Positions 1 through 8,641 of a stretch of 64,000 nt of DNA are shown here, piece by piece (within the stretch, counting starts at the first letter, position 1; each line of letters begins with the position of its first letter). Source of the stretch: an uncultured Rhodospirillaceae bacterium (GTDB taxonomy: Bacteria; Pseudomonadota; Alphaproteobacteria; UBA2966); NCBI GenBank assembly GCA_964343605.1, contig CAYFKJ010000008.1, forward strand, positions 93,926 through 157,925, in the 5' to 3' direction. A model generated the notes under the pieces. That model saw nothing but the letters and a program-made list of their open reading frames with translations, did not search any database and was not told the DNA's origin. The position numbers and the translations under genes were made by a program.

Positions 1-136
1 CGCGATCCAGCAGCGTTCGCGCGCCATCGGAAAGATTCTCATCAGCCCAGGCCTGCCGCCGGGCCGAGGTGTTGATGTCGCCCTCGGTCTGGGTGGGGCT
101 CTTGAAGTTTTGCTTGCCGCGGTTGCCGGTCGTCAT
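1..136 (-). CDS. pbfA: 5' part of probable (R)-1-hydroxy-2-aminoethylphosphonate ammonia-lyase (runs off window edge)
   Basis: Manual translation MTTGNRGKQNFKSPTQTEGDINTSARRQAWADENLSDGARTLLDR; EGDINxSxxRQAW resembles the PbfA N-terminus; AAGGA RBS; divergent from LysR in a phosphonate cluster. Confidence 0.65.
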   Translation of the reverse strand, partial: MTTGNRGKQNFKSPTQTEGDINTSARRQAWADENLSDGARTLLDR

Positions 137-219
137 GTCGATATTCCTTGCACCCTCGAGCCGTCAAAATTTAACATAAGCAATTCATCTCCTAATTACA
201 TAGTTAAGAGGTTTGACTT

Positions 220-1092
220 ATGTATTCTTCCCAGCTGCGCGCCTTCCACGCGGTTGCGACCCACGGCGGTTTTACCAAGGCCGCGGAGAAACTCGGCCTG
301 ACCCAGCCGGCCCTTTCCGATCATGTGCGTAAGCTGGAACAGCGATTCGACGTGCAACTCTTCCACCGTCACAAACGCCGTGTCTTCCCAACCGAGTTGG
401 GCCTCCGCCTTATGGAAATTACCCGCCGCCAGTTCGAACTCGAGGACGAAGCCGTCAAGCTTTTGTCCGAAAGCCAGGCCCTGCGCGCCGGTACTTTGAA
501 TATCGCGGGCGGAGCGCCGCTTCACATCGTCGGCATCGTCGCGGCCTTCCAGAAAAAATATCCCGGCGTGCGCCTCACCCTGAGCCAGGGAAATTCCGAC
601 GAGGTGTTGACCCAGCTCCATAATTACAGCGCCGACATCGGCGAGTTGGGCCAGGCGCCCGACGACGACCGGCTATTGAACATCCCGCTGCGCAGCGATC
701 CCATCGTCGCCTTCGTGCCCAAAGACCATAAATGGGCGGCTCGCAAGAAGATCACGCTGGCGGAGTTAGCCGAGGAACCGCTGGTGCTGCGCGAGCCCGG
801 TTCCACCACTCGACAACTTGTTGAGGGGGAATTCCAGCGGCTGGATATCGAAGCGAAATTCGTTATGGAGGTCGAAGGCCGCGAGGCCGCGCGCGAGGTC
901 GTGGCCGCCGGAATCGGCGTGGGCATCGTTTCCAAAATGGAATTCGGCCATGATGAGCGACTGACGCCCATTGCCTTGAGCGACTGCAAGGCCGTGATGC
1001 AGGAATCCATTGTTTGCCTCAAGGAACGTGCCGATCTTCGTATCATCGATGCCTTCCTGACCGAGGTGCGGACGCATTTGGGGGTTGGGTAG
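220..1092 (+). CDS. LysR-family regulator, probably aminoethylphosphonate-catabolism type
   Basis: HTH GGFTKAAEKLGLTQPALSDHVRKLE plus LysR substrate-binding domain; context. Confidence 0.92.
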   Translation: MYSSQLRAFHAVATHGGFTKAAEKLGLTQPALSDHVRKLEQRFDVQLFHRHKRRVFPTELGLRLMEITRRQFELEDEAVKLLSESQALRAGTLNIAGGAPLHIVGIVAAFQKKYPGVRLTLSQGNSDEVLTQLHNYSADIGELGQAPDDDRLLNIPLRSDPIVAFVPKDHKWAARKKITLAELAEEPLVLREPGSTTRQLVEGEFQRLDIEAKFVMEVEGREAAREVVAAGIGVGIVSKMEFGHDERLTPIALSDCKAVMQESIVCLKERADLRIIDAFLTEVRTHLGVG

Positions 1093-1125
1093 AGATTGAA
1101 TTCCCTGGTGTCGCTTCTCGTGGCT

Positions 1126-1235
1126 CCACCCCCACCCAACCCTCCCCCATCAAGGGGGAGGGCTATAGAAGTCAATGCCGTTCTCTCAAATTTTCGGCCC
1201 TTCCCCCCTGGCGGGGGAAGGACAGGATGGGGGGG
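1126..1235. repeat. REP-like double-hairpin intergenic element between convergent genes
   Basis: CCCTCCCCC-ATCAA-GGGGGAGGG (1140-1162) and CCTTCCCCC-CTGGC-GGGGGAAGG hairpins; outer arms CCCCCACCC / GGATGGGGG are roughly complementary. Confidence 0.6.
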
Positions 1236-1283
1236 ACAGCGTTTATCGAATTTTGGCTGGATGGATAACGCCATTGACCTTCC

Positions 1284-2450
1284 CTATATTGCGCCATTGA
1301 CGGCGTTGCGGAAAATGGCGGTGTAGTCCGCGACGCTTAATGGGATCGGGTTGCCGCCCGAAACCGGGTCCGCAAAGGCCAGGGCGCCCATCTCCTCGGC
1401 CTGGTCCTCCGCGAGGTCGATTTCGGCCAGGGTGTGGGGAATGCCCAAGACGTTGCGGAACTCCAGCACCCAGTCCAGCAATGCGCCGAAATCGGTTGAG
1501 GGCAGGTCGAGCAGGCGCATCAGCGGCACCACCTTGTCGGCGATGGCTTCGCGATTGGCCACCATCACGTAGGGCAGAAAGATTGCATTGGCGAGGCCGT
1601 GGTGGACGTTGAAATGGGCGCCGATGGGATGGGCCAGGGCATGGACGCCGCCGAGCCCCTTCTGAAAAGCAGTCGCCCCCATGGAAGCGGCCGTCAGCAT
1701 GTCCGCGCGTGCCTCGATGTCCCCACCGTCTGCGTAGGCGCGCGGCAGCGCTTCGGCGATTAGGCGCATGCCTTCCAAGGCGATGCCGTCGGCCATCGGA
1801 TGGTAGGCCGTGGCACACAATGCCTCGAAACAATGGACGAAGGCGTCGATACCCGTCGCCGCTGTGATATGGGGCGGCAGACCGACCGTTAACTCCGGAT
1901 CGGAAATCACGATCGCGGGCACCATGGAGGGGTGGAAGATGATCTTCTTCACCTTGATCTCTTCGTTGGTGATGACGCTGGAGCGCCCCACCTCCGATCC
2001 CGTACCCGCTGTCGTCGGGACGGCGACGACCGGCGCCAGACCGTCTTCGTTCACCCGCGTCCAGTTGTCACCGACGTCCTCGAAATCCCATAAGGGTCGG
2101 TCCTGGGCCACCATCAGGGCGACCGTCTTGGCGGCATCCAGGGCCGAGCCGCCGCCGAACGCGACAATGCCGTCGTGCCCGCCATCGCGGTAGGCGGCAA
2201 TACCGCCGTCGACGTTGGCGCCGGTAGGATTGCCCTGCACGTTCGAATAGAGACCGGTCGACAGACCCTCGGTTTCGTTGGCTGCCACGGCGTCGCCCAC
2301 CATGGGAAGTTCGGCCAGGCCCTCGTCGGTGATGAGCAGCGGCTTCGCCATGCCCAACTCACGGCAGGCGGCCGGCAACTCCGAAATAGCGCCCGGTCCG
2401 AAGCGCATGCTGGTGGGAAAATTCCATCGCCCTGAAATCGTCTTGGTCAT
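1284..2450 (-). CDS. Iron-containing alcohol dehydrogenase
   Basis: GGGSALDAAK, VPTTAGTGSE, DAFVHCFE, HALAHP, HHGLANA motifs; start set at MTKTISG. Confidence 0.92.
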   Translation of the reverse strand: MTKTISGRWNFPTSMRFGPGAISELPAACRELGMAKPLLITDEGLAELPMVGDAVAANETEGLSTGLYSNVQGNPTGANVDGGIAAYRDGGHDGIVAFGGGSALDAAKTVALMVAQDRPLWDFEDVGDNWTRVNEDGLAPVVAVPTTAGTGSEVGRSSVITNEEIKVKKIIFHPSMVPAIVISDPELTVGLPPHITAATGIDAFVHCFEALCATAYHPMADGIALEGMRLIAEALPRAYADGGDIEARADMLTAASMGATAFQKGLGGVHALAHPIGAHFNVHHGLANAIFLPYVMVANREAIADKVVPLMRLLDLPSTDFGALLDWVLEFRNVLGIPHTLAEIDLAEDQAEEMGALAFADPVSGGNPIPLSVADYTAIFRNAVNGAI

Positions 2451-2470
2451 CTCGGCGGTCCTCTTACTCG

Positions 2471-3862
2471 TTACAACGCGGTTCGCAGGTGGAAGCTCTT
2501 GGGTCGTGTCAGCGACTCGTAGCCGACCGACGACAACGTACAACCCCGCCCCGAATTCTTGACGCCCGTCCAGGCCAGCGCCGGGTCGAGATAATCGCAG
2601 CGGTTCATGAACACGGTACCGGTTTCCAGATCATCGCCGATCCTCAAGGCCGCTTCTTCGTCGGTGGTCCAGACCGATGCCGTCAGGCCGAATTCGCTGT
2701 CGTTCATCAAACGCACGGCCTCCTCGTCCGAATTCACGGGCATGATGCCGACAACTGGACCGAAACTCTCTTCCGTCATGACGCGCATAGTATGATCGAC
2801 GTCGATCAATACCTGCGGGGCCAGATAGGCCGAACCGGCCTCGTCGGCCTCGAACCGGGACCGGTCGATCAGTGCCGTGGCACCCGCCTTGACAGCCTCC
2901 TCGGTCTGACCACGAACAAAATCGGCGGCGGCAGCCCGCACCATGGGCCCGAGGTTGGTGGTGGGATCCAAGGGGTTGCCCAGTTTGTAGCGGCCCACCA
3001 ATTCAGCGGCGGCCTCGGCAAATTTGGCGAAGATTTCCTTTTCCACATAGACGCGTTCGATACCGCAGCACGACTGACCCGAATTGAAGAAAGCGCCATC
3101 GACAATATTTTCCACGGCGTGGTCGAAGTCCGCATCGGCCCGGACATAGGCCGGGTCCTTGCCGCCCAGTTCCAGGCCGGTTGCGATGAACTTGGCCTGC
3201 ACGGCGCGCTGTACGGCGTGACCGCCGGGAACAGAGCCCGTGAAGTTGACAAAACCGACGCGTTCGTCCGCCATCAGCGTTTCGGCATCGCCGTGCGAAA
3301 GGTGGAGATACTGATACAAACCCTCCGGCAGGCCGGCCGAGGCGAACGCCTCCGCGAAGCGTTCGGCGCAGAGCGGGGTCTGATGGGAGTGCTTCAGGAC
3401 GACGGCATTACCCGCCATCAGCGCCGGCACGACGCCGTTGACCGATGTAAGATATGGAAAATTCCAGGGCGCCAGGATGGCGACGACGCCCAGGGGCTCG
3501 CGCTTTATGAACCGGTTAAAGCCATCTGTCTGCTCCGGCCGCACATCGCTTAGCGCCTCGGGCGCGATGGCGATCATGTGGCGCGCGCGCTCCTCGAAGC
3601 CACCGACCTCACCGGGACTTTGGGATACGGGCCGTCCCATCTGCCAGGCTATCTCAGGGGCGATTTCATCGCGCTTGGCGACAAAGGCGTCCACGGCTTT
3701 CAAGAGGATTTCCTGCCGCTCAGCGACCGGCACCCGCCGCCAAGACTCTTGCGCCCGAACCGCCTTCTCCAGAGCGGCGTCAATATCGCGGCCCGTGGAC
3801 AAAGGCCGTTCGACATAGATGCTGCCGTCGGCGGGTGAAATCGTCTGCAATATCTCTGTCAT
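2471..3862 (-). CDS. NAD(P)-dependent aldehyde dehydrogenase
   Basis: PWNFP, FTGS, LELGGKDP, GQSCC, EESFGP motifs. Confidence 0.95.
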   Translation of the reverse strand: MTEILQTISPADGSIYVERPLSTGRDIDAALEKAVRAQESWRRVPVAERQEILLKAVDAFVAKRDEIAPEIAWQMGRPVSQSPGEVGGFEERARHMIAIAPEALSDVRPEQTDGFNRFIKREPLGVVAILAPWNFPYLTSVNGVVPALMAGNAVVLKHSHQTPLCAERFAEAFASAGLPEGLYQYLHLSHGDAETLMADERVGFVNFTGSVPGGHAVQRAVQAKFIATGLELGGKDPAYVRADADFDHAVENIVDGAFFNSGQSCCGIERVYVEKEIFAKFAEAAAELVGRYKLGNPLDPTTNLGPMVRAAAADFVRGQTEEAVKAGATALIDRSRFEADEAGSAYLAPQVLIDVDHTMRVMTEESFGPVVGIMPVNSDEEAVRLMNDSEFGLTASVWTTDEEAALRIGDDLETGTVFMNRCDYLDPALAWTGVKNSGRGCTLSSVGYESLTRPKSFHLRTAL

Positions 3863-3872
3863 ACAAATACTC

Positions 3873-6323
3873 TCAAGCTTTTACGCGTTCCGCCATGGGA
3901 TCATAGGGCGTACGCAAGTGCGCGGTGGCGTCGAAACGTTCGCCCGCCACATCGATCACGAAGCCGCCGGACTGGACCAAAGCCTTGTCGACGCCGTCGG
4001 GATGTTTGACGTAACCCAAGCCGACCGCACTGCCAAGCGTGTGGCCGTACGAACCTGAATCGATCTTACCCACCGGCTCGTTCTCCAAAAGAATGAGCTC
4101 GCCGCCCCACAGGACCGGCTCAGAGTCGTCCAAGGTGAACTGCAGAAGGCGCCTCGTCAGTGGTTCGCCCCTTGCCGCCACCAAGGCGTCATGGCCGATG
4201 AAGGGAACGTTTTTGTCGAAATCGACAGCGAACGAAAGCCCGGCTTGGAAAGGCGTATAATCGGGCGTAAGTTCATGTCCCCAGGCCCGGAAGCCCTTCT
4301 CGATGCGCAGGCTGTCCATGGCGTAGTAGCCCGCATCTCGCAAGCCGAGATCGATCCCGGCAGCACAGATCTCCTCGTAAACGCTAACGGCGAACTCGGC
4401 AGGCACGTACAGCTCCCAACCCAACTCGCCGACATAGGTCATGCGCACCGCCCAGACGGTGGCGTAACCGATGCCGATCTGCTGCATGGTGGAAAAGGGA
4501 AAAGCGTCGTTGCCGAGGTCGGCATCCGTGATCCGCGACAGCAGTTGGCGGGCATTGGGGCCCATGACGCCGAAGACCGCGTAGGCCGAACTCATGTCGG
4601 TGGTGACGCAGTGGGCATCATCTGGCGTGTTGCGCCTGATCCAGCCCAGGTCGCGTGTCATCTGGGCCGATCCGGAAACAACGAAATAAGCATCTTCAGC
4701 AAGACGGGTCACCGTGAGGTCGCTCTCGTATCCACCGCGCTCGTTCAGCATGCCCGTGTAGACGCAGCGGCCCGGTTCCACCGCCACGTTGTTGGCGCAA
4801 AGGCGCTGCAGCACGGCCTCGGCATCGCGGCCTTCGATGCGGAACTTGGAAAACGAGGTCTGATCGAACACCGCCACGGCTTCGCGCGCCGCCTGGTGCT
4901 CGGCCGCCCGGTTATCGAACCAGTTCTGGCGACCGAAGGAATATTCCATCTCCGGGCTCTGGCCGTCGTCGGCGAACCAGACGGCGCGCTCCCAGCCCAT
5001 CTTGGAGCCGAAGCAGGCGCCCTTCTCCTCCAGCAGATGGTAAACGGGCGAGCGCCGGAAGGGCCGCGCGGTGTGCATCTCGCGGTTGGGCCAGGGCATG
5101 GCGTAGTGGGTACCGAGGGTCTCGCTGACGCGTGCCTCCAGCCACTTGTCGTTGCCTTGGAAGCGTGCGAAGCGGCGGATATCGACCGGCCAGAGATCCA
5201 TCGTCGGCTCGCCGTTGACGATCCATTCGGCCAGCGCTTTGCCGGCGCCGCCGGCGCTGGCGATGCCCATGGAGTTGAACCCGGCGCCGACGTAATAGTT
5301 CCGAAGCTCCGGTGCCTCGCCCAGGATGTAGTGACTGTCCGGCGTAAAACTCTCCGGTCCGTTGATGAACTGGCGGATCTCGGCGTTGGCCAGGATCGGG
5401 ATACGGTGCAGCGCGTTCTCCATGAGGATCTCGAACTGGTTCCAATCATCCGGCAGCAGGGTGAATTCGAAATCGTCGGGAATGCCGTCCATGCCCCAGG
5501 GCTTGGCTTCGGGCTCGAAGCCGCCCGTCACCAGGCCACCGACCTCCTCCTTGCAATAGATGTAACCGTCGGGATCGCGCATCACCGGGAGGTCGGGCGT
5601 TACGCCTTCGATCTGCTTGGTCACGATATACATGTGTTCCGCCGAGTAGAGCGGCACAGTGACGCCGGCCAGCCGGCCGAACTGGCGCGCCCACTGACCG
5701 GCGCAATTGATCACGACTTCGCACTCGATGTTGCCGCTGGCGGTCTCCACGCCGGTGGCAACGCCATCCTTTATCGCCACACCGGTCACGCGGGTCTTTT
5801 CGAAAACCTTTGCGCCGCGCATGCGCGCGCCTTTGGCCAGAGCCTGCGTGAGATCGGCGGGATTGGCCTTGCCGTCGCCAGGCAACCAGACGCCGCCCAC
5901 CACATCGTCGATCTGCATGATGGGCCAGATGTCCTGGGCTTCTTTGGCCGTAATGAGATCGGCTTCGATGCCGTAGGCGGCGGCGACGGCGGCGGTACGT
6001 TTGATCACCGTCATGCGTTCGTCCGTGCGGGCGATAATGATGCTGCCGGTACGCTTCCAGCCGGTGCCGAGGCCGGTTTCCTCCTCCAGGCTTTCGTAGA
6101 GGTCCGTGCTGTACTGGATCAGCCGCGTCATGTTCTCCTGGGAACGTAACTGGCCGACCAGCCCGGCGGCGTGCCAGGTCGTGCCGGAGGACAGCCGGCC
6201 CTGCTCCAGGACAACGACATCCTTCCAACCCAGCTTTGTCAGATGATAGGCGACGCTGCAGCCGACGATGCCGCCTCCGACGATCACGGCTTTGGCGGAC
6301 GTGGGAAACTTGGCGTCGGACAT
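3873..6323 (-). CDS. FAD-dependent N-methylamine dehydrogenase/oxidase with GcvT domain (dimethylglycine/sarcosine dehydrogenase-like)
   Basis: GGGIVG FAD loop, TTWHAAGL covalent-flavin His motif, GPESFTPD, C-terminal GcvT domain (TYVGELGWEL, SLRIEKG). Confidence 0.88.
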   Translation of the reverse strand: MSDAKFPTSAKAVIVGGGIVGCSVAYHLTKLGWKDVVVLEQGRLSSGTTWHAAGLVGQLRSQENMTRLIQYSTDLYESLEEETGLGTGWKRTGSIIIARTDERMTVIKRTAAVAAAYGIEADLITAKEAQDIWPIMQIDDVVGGVWLPGDGKANPADLTQALAKGARMRGAKVFEKTRVTGVAIKDGVATGVETASGNIECEVVINCAGQWARQFGRLAGVTVPLYSAEHMYIVTKQIEGVTPDLPVMRDPDGYIYCKEEVGGLVTGGFEPEAKPWGMDGIPDDFEFTLLPDDWNQFEILMENALHRIPILANAEIRQFINGPESFTPDSHYILGEAPELRNYYVGAGFNSMGIASAGGAGKALAEWIVNGEPTMDLWPVDIRRFARFQGNDKWLEARVSETLGTHYAMPWPNREMHTARPFRRSPVYHLLEEKGACFGSKMGWERAVWFADDGQSPEMEYSFGRQNWFDNRAAEHQAAREAVAVFDQTSFSKFRIEGRDAEAVLQRLCANNVAVEPGRCVYTGMLNERGGYESDLTVTRLAEDAYFVVSGSAQMTRDLGWIRRNTPDDAHCVTTDMSSAYAVFGVMGPNARQLLSRITDADLGNDAFPFSTMQQIGIGYATVWAVRMTYVGELGWELYVPAEFAVSVYEEICAAGIDLGLRDAGYYAMDSLRIEKGFRAWGHELTPDYTPFQAGLSFAVDFDKNVPFIGHDALVAARGEPLTRRLLQFTLDDSEPVLWGGELILLENEPVGKIDSGSYGHTLGSAVGLGYVKHPDGVDKALVQSGGFVIDVAGERFDATAHLRTPYDPMAERVKA

Positions 6324-6334
6324 GCGGAACAATC

Positions 6335-7618
6335 CTATTTTGATTCAGAAAGGGCCGTGGAAAAGCGATCGAGGAAGCGGTCGCAGACGTCTTCGTCATG
6401 AGCGATGGAGAGGTAGAGCTTCGTACCCATGGGGTTGAGGAAAACGCCGTTGGCAAACAGGTTCAGCATGCAGGCGCGACCGCGCGCCGAATTGCCTTTC
6501 TTGGTGGAGCGGTAATCGAATACCGCCTCGTCGCTGAACACCACCTGTGCCAAAGGGCCGTCGCCGATCACCTGCGCGGTTTCCTGGTGATCACGCAACA
6601 CCCGGCACATGCCGTCGCGCAGGTATTCGCCCAGAGCGTGGAGCTTCGCGTAGATGCCATCCTGGCGGAAGACGCCCAGCGCCGCACCGGCCGCCGCCGT
6701 CGACACTGGATTGCCGCCCAGGGTCGAGGCCATCCAGACGTAGTCGTCACGGCCGATGCGGTGTTCGCTGGTCATTTCCATAATGTCTGCCCGGCCGCCG
6801 AAGGCGCCGATGGGATAGCCGCCGCCCAGCGCCTTACCGTAGGCCACTAGATCGGGCTGGACGCCGTAATACTCCTGCGCGCCGCCGTAAGCCAGGCGAA
6901 ACCCCGTGACGACTTCGTCGAAGATGAGAATGACGTCGTGTTCGTCGCAGAGCTTGCGCACGCCTTCAAGGAAACCCGGCTGCGGCGGGGTGCAGCGCTG
7001 CAGCGGTTCCATGATGACGCCGGCAAGGTCTGCGGCGTGTTCAGTAACGATTGCGGCGGTGGTTTCGAGATCGTTATAGGGTGCGACCAGCAACTGGTAT
7101 TCCGCCGCAGGTGTGCCGGCGCTGGTCAGCTCCGGTTGCGGGAACGCCAAATCCCGGTGCGGGAACAGGCTGGTCACACCGGCCTCGTTGGCGCCGTGGT
7201 AGGCGCCCTCGAATTTGAGGATCTTGGTCTTGCCGGTGAAACCGCGCGCCAGGCGCTGGCAGTACATCGTGGCCTCCGTGCCGGAGGCGCAAAACCGCAG
7301 GCGCTCAGAAGCCGGGCTGACGCGCTTGATCTCCTCCGCCAACGCCAAGGCGTGACCGTTGAGGTAGGCGAAGTTGGAACCACAAGCCGCCTGATCCCGC
7401 ACCGCCTCGACGACCTCGGGCCGGGCATGACCGACCAGGCAGGAACCCCAGCCGAGAGAAAAGTCGAGGTATTCCTTGCCGTCGGTATCCCAGAGGCGGC
7501 AGCCCTCGCCTCTCGCCATGACGACGAGGTTGCCGGTGGGCAGGCCGAACTCGCCGTTCGAGATACCGGCGGGGAAAACCGCCAGGGCTCGTTCGGCGAC
7601 GTTCATGCCTGCCCCCAT
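6335..7618 (-). CDS. Class III PLP-dependent aminotransferase (GSA-aminomutase-like), substrate unknown
   Basis: SGTEA, KFEGAYHG, IFDEVVTGFR, PDLVAYGKALGGG; start may be 7606. Confidence 0.88.
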   Translation of the reverse strand: MGAGMNVAERALAVFPAGISNGEFGLPTGNLVVMARGEGCRLWDTDGKEYLDFSLGWGSCLVGHARPEVVEAVRDQAACGSNFAYLNGHALALAEEIKRVSPASERLRFCASGTEATMYCQRLARGFTGKTKILKFEGAYHGANEAGVTSLFPHRDLAFPQPELTSAGTPAAEYQLLVAPYNDLETTAAIVTEHAADLAGVIMEPLQRCTPPQPGFLEGVRKLCDEHDVILIFDEVVTGFRLAYGGAQEYYGVQPDLVAYGKALGGGYPIGAFGGRADIMEMTSEHRIGRDDYVWMASTLGGNPVSTAAAGAALGVFRQDGIYAKLHALGEYLRDGMCRVLRDHQETAQVIGDGPLAQVVFSDEAVFDYRSTKKGNSARGRACMLNLFANGVFLNPMGTKLYLSIAHDEDVCDRFLDRFSTALSESK

Positions 7619-7633
7619 ACCCGTCGGCGACGC

Positions 7634-8482
7634 CTAGGGGCGTTCGCCGCGGGCCAGGCGGGCGTTGATGTCGTCGATGACGGCGGGTAAGTCGATGATC
7701 GTATCGATGACATAGTGCGCCCCGGTCTTGCGCAGGATCTCGGCGGTGTGGGCGTTGCGCCGGGCGATTTCGTCGTCCGACATGGCCTGGGCCTGAGAGA
7801 TGGTGTCGATATCCATATAGTTGGAGTAGAGCGAGACACCGACGCCCCAGCAACCGGCCTCGAGAGCTTCGCCGACGCCCGATGCGGTGTCGTCGACCTT
7901 TACCACCGATTGGATCGGGTGGAGGTCAAGGAGGTCGCAGTTGCGGTAGACCATGAAGGGCTTGGGCCGCGCGCCGTGTTCGACTTCATCTCCGGCAACC
8001 GTGGCATCGGGATTGAACCCCTGCTCCCGCGCAGCGGCCAAGAGCACGTCGACCATTTCGCGCGTAAAACCCGTGGAGACGCCGAGCTTGAGGCCGTCAG
8101 CCTGCATCTTCTGGGTCACTTCGGCGACGCCGGGCAGTAGAGGCGTGTATTCCGGCAGGCACTCGACCTGCAGCGGCACGAAATCGGCGAACATGGCGTC
8201 GACGTCGTCCTGGGTCGGGTAGCTGCCCTTGATCTCGTTCCAGCGTTCGCGGATCTCCGGCATTTCCGTCAAGGCCTTGATGTGAAGATCCTTGCGCAAG
8301 CCCATAGGCACGCGCGCTTCCTGCATGGTGATTTCAACACCCTGTCGTTTGAACACCTCGACGAAGACAACCGCCGGAGCGATGACGTAGGCGTCGGCGG
8401 TCGTGCCGCTCCAATCCAGGACAACGCCCTGAACCTTGCCTCTGTAGGTGCGTTGAAAATTGTAATCTGAGGGATTGGGCAT
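7634..8482 (-). CDS. phnX: Phosphonoacetaldehyde hydrolase (phosphonatase)
   Basis: DWSGTT HAD motif I, PMGLRKDLHI Schiff-base Lys motif, RPKPFM, KVDDT. Confidence 0.9.
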   Translation of the reverse strand: MPNPSDYNFQRTYRGKVQGVVLDWSGTTADAYVIAPAVVFVEVFKRQGVEITMQEARVPMGLRKDLHIKALTEMPEIRERWNEIKGSYPTQDDVDAMFADFVPLQVECLPEYTPLLPGVAEVTQKMQADGLKLGVSTGFTREMVDVLLAAAREQGFNPDATVAGDEVEHGARPKPFMVYRNCDLLDLHPIQSVVKVDDTASGVGEALEAGCWGVGVSLYSNYMDIDTISQAQAMSDDEIARRNAHTAEILRKTGAHYVIDTIIDLPAVIDDINARLARGERP

Positions 8483-8576
8483 TTTCCTGAACTCCTGAAT
8501 TGCCGTTTGGTGATCGAATTCGCGTCATATCAACGCATCCCAATCAATAAGACAAATCGTTATCTCCGATAATTTT

Positions 8577-8593
8577 CATATGTTTTGTTTATG
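8577..8593. promoter_or_regulatory. Candidate LysR T-N11-A box upstream of phnX
   Basis: CATA-TGTTTTGTT-TATG dyad in an AT-rich 159-bp intergenic region. Confidence 0.4.
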
Positions 8594-8641
8594 ATATTAA
8601 TGCTTTGAGTTTTCGTGAATTTATTCTTCTAAAACAAACGC

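Noticed and set aside
6335..7618. hemL (tetrapyrrole synthesis)
   Set aside because: Fold similarity only; context is phosphonate catabolism and alphaproteobacteria generally use ALA synthase
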